NCBI GenBank assembly: GCA_907165135.1
Contig: OU015569.1
Location: forward strand, 9,548,001 to 9,612,000
Direction: 5' to 3'
From: Oikopleura dioica
Lineage: Eukaryota; Animalia; Chordata
DNA: 64,000 nucleotides
The notes beneath the pieces were generated by a model that was not told where the DNA came from, searched no databases, and was given only the letters and a program-made list of their open reading frames with translations. How positions within the stretch are numbered: the first letter of the stretch is position 1; every line of letters begins with the position of its first letter. This document shows, one piece after another, positions 16,113 through 26,603 of the stretch. The translations under genes and the position numbers were made by a program.

Positions 16113-19100
16113 TAGGGTTTTTCACGGGAACGGCGCGGCGCGCTCCGGGCCTTCCACCGCCAAAATCGAACTCTTACTTTTTATCAAAAATGAAAATTTA
16201 AATTATCAAACGTACCGTGGGCGAGAGATTTCACGACGGAGGGCGAAATAGATTGGGGCATTTGCGCGTGTTTTTCTCGTCCCAATCTTTTTGCTCTTTT
16301 TGGCGCGCATCTTGCGCCACGTGGGAGTGGGTCCTCCGCGAAGAACAACAACAACCCCCCGTCTAGAAACATTTTTCACAATTCACCTCTCTCAATAACT
16401 GACCTAAGAAACTTCTTCTTCCTTCAATTATTATAACTTTGATTTTGTTTTAATAATAATGAATAAACTTAATAATAATAATTTGTAAATAATAATAAAA
16501 GGAAATCTTTAGATTGAAAAAATAAATTCAAAACCATAACATTATTGAAAACTTTGTCAATTTGAATTTTAAAAACGATGGGTGTGGGCGGGGTTGGGGA
16601 CTGAGATTGATCACCTCAGAGTTCCCAGCCATTGTCAAGCCCCTTAAATTTAAAAATCATGGAACGGGGCTGAAACGGCCCGAAGGGCCGTCAAGCCCCT
16701 TAAATTTAAAAATCATGGAACGGGGCTGAAACGGCCCGAAGGGCCGTCAAGCCCCTTAAATTTAAAAATCATGGAACGGGGCTGAAACGGCCCGAAGGGC
16801 CGTCAAGCCCCTTAAATTTAAAAATCATGGAACGGGGCTGAAACGGCCCGAAGGGCCGTCAAGCCCTTAAATTTAAAATCATGGAACGGGGCTGAAACGG
16901 CCCGAAGGGCCGTCAAGCCCCTTAAATTTAAAAATCATGGAACGGGGCTGAAACGGCCCGAAGGGCCGTCAAGCCCTTAAATTTAAAAATCATGGAACGG
17001 GGCTGAAACGGCCCGAAGGGCCGTCAAGCCCCTTAAATTTAAAAATCATGGAACGGGGCTGAAACGGCCCGAAGGGCCGTCAAGCCCCTTAAATTTAAAA
17101 ATCATGGAACGGGGCTGAAACGGCCCGAAGGGCCGTCAAGCCCCTTAAATTTAAAAATCATGGAACGGGGCTGAAACGGCCCGAAGGGCCGTCAAGCCCT
17201 TAAATTTAAAAATCATGGAACGGGGCTGAAACGGCCCGAAGGGCCGTCAAGCCCTTAAATTTAAAAATCATGGAACGGGGCTGAAACGGCCCGAAGGGCC
17301 GTCAAGCCCCTTAAATTTAAAAATCATGGAACGGGGCTGAAACGGCCCGAAGGGCCGTCAAGCCCCTTAAATTTAAAAATCATGGAACGGGGCTGAAACG
17401 GCCCGAAGGGCCGTCAAGCCCTTAAATTTAAAAATCATGGAACGGGGCTGAAACGGCCCGAAGGGCCGTCAAGCCCCTTAAATTTAAAAATCATGGAACG
17501 GGGCTGAAACGGCCCGAAGGGCCGTCAAGCCCCTTAAATTTAAAAATCATGGAACGGGGCTGAAACGGCCCGAAGGGCCGTCAAGCCCCTTAAATTTAAA
17601 AATCATGGAACGGGGCTGAAACGGCCCGAAGGGCCGTCAAGCCCCTTAAATTTAAAAATCATGGAACGGGGCTGAAACGGCCCGAAGGGCCGTCAAGCCC
17701 CTTAAATTTAAAAATCATGGAACGGGGCTGAAACGGCCCGAAGGGCCGTCAAGCCCCTTAAATTTAAAAATCATGGAACGGGGCTGAAACGGCCCGAAGG
17801 GCCGTCAAGCCCTTAAATTTAAAAATCATGGAACGGGGCTGAAACGGCCCGAAGGGCCGTCAAGCCCCTTAAATTTAAAAATCATGGAACGGGGCTGAAA
17901 CGGCCCGAAGGGCCGTCAAGCCCCTTAAATTTAAAAATCATGGAACGGGGCTGAAACGGCCCGAAGGGCCGTCAAGCCCTTAAATTTAAAAATCATGGAA
18001 CGGGGCTGAAACGGCCCGAAGGGCCGTCAAGCCCCTTAAATTTAAAAATCATGGAACGGGGCTGAAACGGCCCGAAGGGCCGTCAAGCCCCTTAAATTTA
18101 AAAATCATGGAACGGGGCTGAAACGGCCCGAAGGGCCGTCAAGCCCCTTAAATTTAAAATCATGGAACGGGGCTGAAACGGCCCGAAGGGCCGTCAAGCC
18201 CCTTAAATTTAAAAATCATGGAACGGGGCTGAAACGGCCCGAAGGGCCGTCAAGCCCTTAAATTTAAAAATCATGGAACGGGGCTGAAACGGCCCGAAGG
18301 GCCGTCAAGCCCTTAAATTTAAAATCATGGAACGGGGCTGAAACGGCCCGAAGGGCCGTCAAGCCCCTTAAATTTAAAAATCATGGAACGGGGCTGAAAC
18401 GGCCCGAAGGGCCGTCAAGCCCTTAAATTTAAAAATCATGGAACGGGGCTGAAACGGCCCGAAGGGCCGTCAAGCCCTTAAATTTAAAAATCATGGAACG
18501 GGGCTGAAACGGCCCGAAGGGCCGTCAAGCCCTTAAATTTAAAAATCATGGAACGGGGCTGAAACGGCCCGAAGGGCCGTCAAGCCCCTTAAATTTAAAA
18601 ATCATGGAACGGGGCTGAATTTTAAGGGTCTTCCATGAAGGCCGGTCTTCCACCAGAAAAGGTCCTCCAGGGGTCCTCCAAGAGTCACATGATCAAGATT
18701 TTTCAAAATTATTATCTATTTATTAGTTAAAGATTAATTTATCTTAAATAGCCTAGGTTAGACCTTTCTTCCATCAATGGGGTCTTCCACCAGATAAAAG
18801 TCCTCCATCAGCCATGGGAAAATACTTGAATGTGCGCGAAATATTCAAAACCCCGGCCCGGGCCCTCAGACTCCGTCGTGATATCTCTCGCCCACGGTAC
18901 TAATTAAAGGTCGCAGATTCCAAATATCGAATTTTTATTCTATAAAAATGTCAAATTATGCCGAAAAATCACTTTTTGCACAAATTTTCTTACTTTTCTC
19001 CCGGAGTACACCAAAATACACCTCTGATTTTGAGATATGATTGATAATAGACCTTTATCACTTATCTCTCAAAAATTCAGAATTCAGCAACATTCAGCAG

Positions 19101-19329
19101 ATACTCAAACTGAGGGTTAACTAATCGGAAGGGCCTGGGCGCGCGCTTATTTACAGAGCGCCCGGGGAGCAGTCCGAACCTCTTTGCTCAAGGTGACAAA
19201 ATCAGGTGGTTCGATGCTGGAATCCGGGGATTTCTGATTTCGGTATTTTGGAATCAGCGGGTCAAATTTAGTCTACAGTGTGAATTTCAGAAATATAGCA
19301 TAACTTTGAAATTCCCGTGAGAAACCCTA
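16113..19329. mobile_element. Non-autonomous hAT-type DNA transposon (3.2 kb) carrying a satellite array
   Basis: 18-bp TIRs TAGGGTTTTTCACGGGAA (16113-16130) and TTCCCGTGAGAAACCCTA (19312-19329) with 1 mismatch. 8-bp TSD ATCATCCG at 16105-16112 and 19330-19337. An internal 30-bp inverted repeat lies at 16212-16241 / 18871-18900. No transposase ORF. Confidence 0.9.
16634..18619. repeat. Tandem minisatellite, 56-bp unit, about 35-36 copies
   Basis: The unit GTCAAGCCCCTTAAATTTAAAAATCATGGAACGGGGCTGAAACGGCCCGAAGGGCC starts at 16634, 16690, 16746, 16802 and so on. Variants differ only in C4/C3 and A5/A4 run length. There are no unique spacers. Confidence 0.99.
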
Positions 19330-19693
19330 ATCATCCGTATTGAAATTCTAAAGTTTCCTATAAATTAGCCACAAGATTTAACGGAAAGTGAGCTTGGTTA
19401 AACATCCTTTGCTAATACTAACCAATTGGAAATATTCGAATTTCGAAGCTTTGCAAAAATCGAACAAGAATTATCGTATAAAATTGAAATAAACGAAGAG
19501 TGTACAATTTACATTCCATTCAAGCTTCGCTTAATAGGGCGAGCACAGAGACAGCACCAGGGTTAACTTGCTTCTTTTAATAATATCATTGAAACGAGGC
19601 GTTAGTCATTTAGACTGCAGTCGAATGTTAATTTTTAAGAATTTATTTGACTTGAAGGGAAGCAATGGTAGTGGGGAAATAATATCAATAAGT

Positions 19694-20457
19694 TTATGAA
19701 ATGACGCACTTTTTCTCCTTGGCTTCTCGACCAGTGCCGTTGATAAGCGCCTCAATCTTCTTCACCGTGCCTTCGAAGACTGATTTGACTTTGGTGCCCT
19801 CCTTCGCGCTGACTTCGAGAAACTAAATAAGCCATTAGCATTGTTCAAAATCGTGCGAGGTTACCTGTGCATTCCAAGATCTAGCAATCTGCTGTCCTTC
19901 TTGTTCAGTGACCTGCCGGTTTCCGTTCAAGTCTGTTTTGTTTCCGACGAGGATAACGGCTTTCTGGGAGGAGGCCAGGGAAGCGCCGCGTTTTTGCTCC
20001 AACTTGTCTGAACACACAAATATTAAATCACGCCCTCGCCATATCTAAGCTTTACCTTTTATTTGTTTGACGATGTTGAAGCTTTCCAAGTTGTCTATCG
20101 CGTAAACGAAGACGAACGCATCGTAAACATTGGCGCTGAAGTCTTCTGGAATGAAGGAGTATTCGTCTAGACTCAATTACAGCTCTGTTGATGGTTTTTT
20201 GCTTACCCATTCCAGCACTGTCAAGTATGTCCAGCTCATAGATGGTGTTGCTGACGTTGAGGTTGTACTTGTATGGCGTGTCGATGGTGGGTCGGTAGCG
20301 CTCGACAAACCTCTCGTAGCAGAGCTATATTGACAGTAAGAGTCACAGCTAGTTTTTGTTGAAGTACCTGATTAACAAGACAGGTTTTACCAACGCAGCG
20401 ATTACCCAGAATAAGAATTCGATAGTCTTTTCTCACCACTCCGTCAATATCGTCCAT
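19694..20457 (-). CDS. RHEB-like: Rheb-like Ras-family small GTPase with CaaX box
   Basis: Spliced exons give GNRCVGKT (G1 with the Rheb-type Arg), YRPTID, DSAGMDEY, ILVGNKTDL, FLEVSAK and the C-terminal CVIS. Confidence 0.85.
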
Positions 20458-20727
20458 GGGAAAAGATTAGGAAGACTTTTGGCCGATTAGTTGTCTCTAA
20501 ATGGTGCAAGGTTAAAATGGCAGAACTACTGGTGAAGTAAAAAATCGTAACATGAATGGAATGGGAGTAACATGAGAACACCTCCGAAAGAATTGAACGA
20601 AAAAGATGAACTGAAGAAAAAGGAGCAGAAGTACAATTTTGAAGAGGAAGGGCTGTTTGAAGGTTACTGAGCGGCTCGCTTTTTTCATGGTACTCGCTGT
20701 TTGAGTAAAGGCGATGAAGCGAAATGG

Positions 20728-22678
20728 TCACTGGTCGGAGACGGCTTCGTCACTTTCCTCGTTGTTCGGAGACGGAATGGCGTACTTTTTCAAAGGGCCT
20801 ATCAGATCTTCAAGAGGCTATAAAATAGTCAGTCAGAAGAAAATAAGCTAACTGGGGGGAGATAATCCGCCACTAATACCGTGCATCACTTTATCAGATT
20901 TTCGTTTAGTAAAATTAGTGAAACACGGACTTAGTAGCAGGAGATGGCAGTTACAAAGTTTTATTTGTGAAAAACAGATCTCTTTCAACTTACCAAAAAC
21001 TCTTTTTCGTCCAGCAGATGAAATTTCTCAGCAAAAAGGACGAAGTGCAGCGTTGTCATGCTCAAGTGGCCAACGAGTCCCAAGTCGCAGAAAGCCTGGT
21101 AGTGGCTGTGATAGATATGAGCTGAAAAAAGGGTTGGTTCTGCTCGAGACGCGACGAATTATGGCTAGAGCTAGGAGGGTGGCGACAGAGCTAAAGCCGA
21201 TATTATTGTAAGGGACGTCTCATGGAGGGGATGAAAGAAAAAAGTCTCTAAGACACTACCACGTTGAGAATTTAGCCGATTCTTCACCAGGGCGAGGCTC
21301 GTTCAGCGTGAAAGTGTGGGAGAACTCAAATCGAAGCGTCTATTTATACTGCTGCAAATAAGCGCTCTAGAAAAATCCCGAATAATACCGATAAAAACAA
21401 AACTCTCTAATCGAATCATAAAAATTCTCGATCGTTTCCCTGGGTAAAACGAAAGCAAAATGATTTTGTTCTATAAGGATCGCCAAATCTATATTTAGAA
21501 AGCTCGTTTAGCTCTTAGGGATATAACTTACAGATTACGTGCCAAATCAATCGTAGCATTTTCGAAATCGTGCGGCTAAACTCGTCAGAAAACTTTTGTT
21601 CGTATTTTGTCGGAAAGACGCTTTGGTCGGTCACCATTTGTTGACAGTGGGCCATCGCATAATCTTAAAATCATGCTCACCATTTCGTGAAAACGCTTAA
21701 AATGACAGCTCGAAATTATTTTTTTGAAAAAACAAGATGGTTTCTAGAAATAATTGCATCTAAAGCATTGATGAATACTTCATTTATAAAATAAAATACT
21801 TCAGGTACCTGATTTAGTGTCGCTTTTTAGCTATTTCGCAACCGTTTTCTTAAAAAAGCGACATTGGATCAGGTGGTATTCAATTAAAAGAGCGGTAGTT
21901 ATGGTCTGAGAAAATTGTTATATGCAAAATCGATTCATAAAAGTTCCCATGAGGAGCGAAAAGATATAGTTGCCTATGCTACGTCCTGGAAACTCGCTAT
22001 TCACAGTTGACTAAATTCAAAAACAGTTTAAATATCTTCTCGACGTGAGAAAAGACGAGACAGTATCCTGTATTCTGAAATGTCTTTTGTCTTTCGGTCT
22101 CGCAGTCGGCGAAAACACCGGCACCGATTTACTTTACGGGCGAGAGATCGATTTCTCATCATGGGAGAAGACACTCCAGTCGGAGCGACAGAAAAACACG
22201 AGTTTTGTTTTTCTCAAGCCGGAATTCTACGAGACGCTAGCTCAGCTCTCCCGTCTATTTTCAGGAGAAGAAGTTACCTATGTACTGTGGCGCAGTGCAT
22301 TTGATCTTCTTATTCTTCTCGTCCACCCAAAGAAACGTCGTGTTCTGAGGCCCTTTCATCGTTGGACACGATTCTGCGGTGCATAACTCGCTGATCACCG
22401 AGAAGTGGCGATCAACGTTGTGAAAAATAGCTTTTTTACCGGTTGAAAGTAAAGTTTGTTAGGAAAGTTAGTAAAATTGATGTGAAAACGGGGCCTAAGG
22501 TGTGCGTGGCGAGCCACTCTTGCTCGTCTACTCCCGGCGGCAGAGTGACCATTTTATCGTAATTCGTGTTCAGCTCGGGTCTCCGTACTTCCGGGTGCGA
22601 GTAAATGTTTGGCTGTACTGGCGGCTCCGGAGAGCTTCTTCCTTTGCTGTTCTTGTTGCCGAATGAGAGCCAGTTCAT
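20728..22678 (-). CDS. MOB2: MOB kinase activator (MOB2-like)
   Basis: Exons encode TLPPGVDEQEWLATHTLAIFHNVD..SELCTAESCPTMKGP, DYAMAHCQQMVTDQSVFPTKY, HIYHSHY..LGLVGHL..LHFVLFAEKFHLLDEKEFLPLEDLI. It includes a GC-AG intron at 22431-22494. Confidence 0.92.
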
Positions 22679-23345
22679 TTTATTCTAAAGATGCTGATTT
22701 TATGAAAAAACCTCTGAATTAAAATTGGGAATAATTAGGCAGGTTCGATTGAAAAGTGCTCTTCTGCGCGAACTCCGAAGTTAAACGAAGATGCTCCTCA
22801 GTCAATGTAGCAAGGTGTAAGACATTGCCTCGAAGTCGCCTTCAATAGTCGAGCTTCACGAAGTGCTCTCGTTAGAGGCAAGGAGTTGTAAATGCTGTAA
22901 TCGCGCGAAGTTTCATAAAAATTGAAAAATTATTGTAAATGAAGCATTTTTTTCTTCGAAAGACAAAATTTGGATTCTTTTTTTCAGGATTCAAGGATTT
23001 AACATTGCAAGAGAGTCGACCGGATCTGGCCGAGAACAGAAATTAGTTGAAACTCAAACTAAGAAAATTGAAAATTTTGAACAGAGAAGGTATGGACAAG
23101 GGAATTGCCCTACAACAAGAAAAAATAACGGAAATTATTTATAGTATAGATGCGAATCCTTTTTAGATTGGTAATATTAATATTTTTCTTTGACAGCTTG
23201 AAGAATAGTTATGTAAAGTTTGAACTTGTTTTGGTTCTCTTATTGCTCTGCCTTTGCAGAAAAAGACACCACCGAGAACCTGTCCTTATCGGTTGTAAAG
23301 GTTCATAAATCCAATTTGTCCACGGTAGAAGCAGATGACGAAGCA

Positions 23346-24184
23346 TCAAGCAGCGTACTGAGCTGTCCATTCCCTAGTATTCATTTATAAAGATGTTTGG
23401 ACAGATCGAGAGGGGGAAGAGTTTGGAAACCTAATTTTTAGTTGTTCTTACTTGGCTGTTCTAATGGCTTGGGCTTCGTTTTGTTTCCAGAGCTGAGCGA
23501 CATCGTTGGCGAGCGGATCATCTGGGTTAGGGGCGCTGAGAAGAGCCTGAATGCTCAACAGCACGGTTCGGATCTGGAGAGCAGGCGACCATTTGTCCTT
23601 GAGGATGTCTACAAAGAAACATGAGCTCTAGGGAGTGTCGATTTCATTTACCAAGGCAGATTCGACCGAGCTTGTCGATGTTTGGATGGTAGATTTTGGT
23701 CATGAAGCGCACTTTTGGCGGTGCCATTGGATACTCCTCGGGCAAGAAGAGTTCCAGATTGAAGTTTCCTGAAAAGAAGAGTCTAGAAGTGCTTCCCTCG
23801 AAGCTCATTCAAACGCACTTATTTATTAGGGTTAATAACTCATCTAATTCGATAAAAAAGGTTATTAAATATATATTGCGCAATGAGGTGAAAAATGTCT
23901 GCGAGACGAAAATATGATAAAAAATACGACCACCAGGATAATAAATTGTGACGCAGAAAAGCTGATTTACTAAATACGTACAAATGCTTCATTTACCATT
24001 TTCATATGGAGAGTCCTGTGGTCCAACGACAACAATTTTGAAGTACCTAATGAAACGCAAATGATTCAGACAAGAAGCAAATGAATTACCGGGCATTCGA
24101 CTCGTCTGGTGTCGCTGTAATGCCGGAAACAGGCTCAGACTGGAGCTTCTGGGTCTCTTTTATAATTCGACGAGGCAAAGCCAT
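23346..24184 (-). CDS. UBE2N: Ubiquitin-conjugating enzyme E2 N (Ubc13)
   Basis: [62 protein letters not shown] and [39 protein letters not shown] lies directly before the ATG. Confidence 0.97.
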
Positions 24185-24325
24185 CTAAATAGATGCTCCT
24201 GCGTTAATCAACTGTTCCGATTCATTGTCATTGATAGAGTCAAGCTTCATCTGCGGGAATAAACAACCAAGATTTTTATTGTGCGTTTATTATGATAACG
24301 AAAGAATAGGTATGATTTTGAAGGA

Positions 24326-26603
24326 TTAATTATCGGGAATGATGAGTGGCTTCGATCGAGTAGATTCGAAACGCGATGGAACTTCGATAGAGACGACGAA
24401 GTACAGCCCGAAAGCCAGAATGATGGTGAAAACGACCATAGCGATAACAGTGATCCAGACCATTTCCCCGAAGACGGGAGTGCAATCGATTGCCCGTGAA
24501 AAGTAGGGCTGCGCTTTAGACTCCATCGCAGCTCCGTATTGCACCTAGAAACAACATTAAACTGGCCCATTGAAAGAAAAATCACTTGATAGGGACCAAA
24601 GGCGAGAGTAGTGGTTGTCGTTCCTTGGACATTCTTTAGTTTGGACTTATTGCAAGTGTAGCTAAAGGTAAAGTTGGAAACTTTGTCCCAGGGAGTGACA
24701 ATCGGAATAGTTTGGTTCTTCTCGCCGAAGGTGTTTCCATCAAACTCAACCAAAAAGTTTTTCGCTTGATAGTTGCTTTCCAGATTCGTAATTTCCTCGA
24801 ATTTCAACTTGAGCGCTTTCTCTTCCGATGTAGGAATCGTAATCGTCATGGATAGGGAAACTCGATGAAAAATGAGCTTTTTTCTGGGCTTAGTAGAGAG
24901 GGAGTATAATACAGATTTAGAAAGCCCAGAAGCTGAGCATCATTTTGACTATTTACAGTATGGGGTTTGGGTCATGTCCTGGGGCGTTTTTGGGCGTCTA
25001 AAGTCCGGAAAATGGGGGTAGTTCCAGAAAAGGGATTAAAAAAGTACCGGTAGTCCATCCTAAGAAAGAGCGGCTTAGTGTACGTTGTAGAGGAGGCTCT
25101 GGCGGTTCAGAATCTGTATAGAAACCTATTGGGACCCCCACATTCTAGAGGCGCTAGAGGCTCTAGAAGTTGAGGAAGTTACCTCAAAATCGGTACTTTT
25201 TTACGAAAAATTGCAGTAAGGGTTATATTTTTATCAGAAATCGTCTTAAAAACGTTCCAATCAATTTTTGGATGTCAAAAATATCGTTTGGGGTCATTTG
25301 AGGTTATTCGGGTAGAGTTTCGGCCAAATTCTATTTTTTCTCAAAAAATGACCCCAAGTGACCTCATGTAACCCCAAACGATATTTTTGACATCCAAAAA
25401 TTGATTGGAACGTTTTTAAGACGATTTCTGATAAAAATATAACCCTTACTGCAATTTTTCGTAAAAAAGTACCGATTTTGAGGTAACTTCCTCAACTTCT
25501 AGAGCCTCTAGCGCCTCTAGAATGTGGGGGTCCCAATAGGTTTCTATACAGATTCTGAACCGCCAGAGCCTCCTCTACAACGTACACTAAGCCGCTCTTT
25601 CTTAGGATGGACTACCGGTACTTTTTTAATCCCTTTTCTGGAACTACCCCCATTTTCCGGACTTTAGACGCCCAAAAACGCCTCAGGACATGACCCAAAC
25701 CCCATACTGTAAATAGTCAAAATGATGCTCAGCTTCTGGGCTTTCTAAATCTGTGTTATACTCCCTCTCTACTAAGCCCAGAAAAAAGCTCATTTTTCAT
25801 CGAGTTTCCCTAGTCATGGACGTCTTGTCGCAAGACCACTTGCTTGTGTCACTTTCCACAGTGTAGGTCTTGATATCGTTGTTGTTGAACTCCTCGCCGG
25901 TGTAAACTCATCAACGGCTATGTGCATCGAACTCAAAACACGCAATTAGTGTTGATGAACTATCTAGCCATTCCTTGAACAGTAGGGCCAATTTTGATGG
26001 CGCCACAGTCATCGTCAAACGCTTTCTCGGGATAATTGATCCAACCAGAGTTAGTGGTAGAGGCCTGAAGAATTTTTCGATCAGCGGCGACGGACGAATC
26101 ATCAGAAGATGAAAGTTCCGCTTTATTGTTCGTCTGCGAGTTCCGCTCCAAAAACGGTGTCTTCTAGTCATAATTATTGAAAAGGATATTGAATGAAAAA
26201 TGCGTTGGAGACGCGTTTTGAGAGCGGTTCCTTGAAAGCCTTGCCCAGAAGAATGATGGGTTGACCACTTGATAGTCGATCGACGATAAAAGAGTCGGCC
26301 TCATTGATATTGGCGATCTCCGTTGTTTCTTCGGGCGTCGATTTCAAGAAGTAGAGAGAAGGCGTTTTGCCAGAGAGTTGAGCAGCGGAGAGCTTATTCA
26401 ACTCACCCATCTGAGAATTCATGGTTTTATGCAATAAAAAACAATATTCTTACTGTAATAGGGACGGTCACGTGCACTGCTCCGGGACAGTCCGGAAGCG
26501 TTTCAAGAAACGAGCCAGAAGGCCCATCACTATTTGGGCAGTTCCAAACCAGCATCATCTGCGACGCGGAAATCACCGAAATAAGCCCAAGAAGTAGCTT
26601 CAT
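24326..26603 (-). CDS. ATP6AP1-like: V-ATPase accessory subunit S1 (Ac45)-like type I membrane protein, interrupted by a transposon
   Basis: Signal peptide MKLLLGLISVISAS. The C-terminus YFSRAIDCTPVFGEMVWI-TM-SRFES resembles the Ac45 FSYASDC..F..GIWMG..TM..DRFDD pattern. Removing the insertion at 24853-25812 plus one TSD copy restores ..WSCDKTSMTITIPTSEEK.. in frame. Confidence 0.75.
24853..25812. mobile_element. hAT-type foldback MITE (960 bp; 442-bp arms)
   Basis: The arms 24853-25294 and 25371-25812 are reverse complements with about 2 mismatches. The ends are TAGGGAAACTCG...CGAGTTTCCCTA. The 8-bp TSD GTCATGGA lies at 24845-24852 and 25813-25820. Confidence 0.96.

Noticed and set aside
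16676-16689. Similarity of the satellite hairpin GGCCC-GAA-GGGCC to the histone stem-loop
   Set aside because: The stem length and loop differ from the 6-bp stem, 4-nt loop SLBP consensus, so this is probably coincidence.
16634-18619. CRISPR array
   Set aside because: The units are contiguous and identical with no unique spacers, there are no cas genes, and the context is eukaryotic.
20444-20688. Spliced 63-aa hydrophobic uORF overlapping the Rheb start
   Set aside because: The hydrophobic codons are explained by the T-rich intercistronic tract, and the AG at 20529 is more simply the Rheb trans-splice acceptor.
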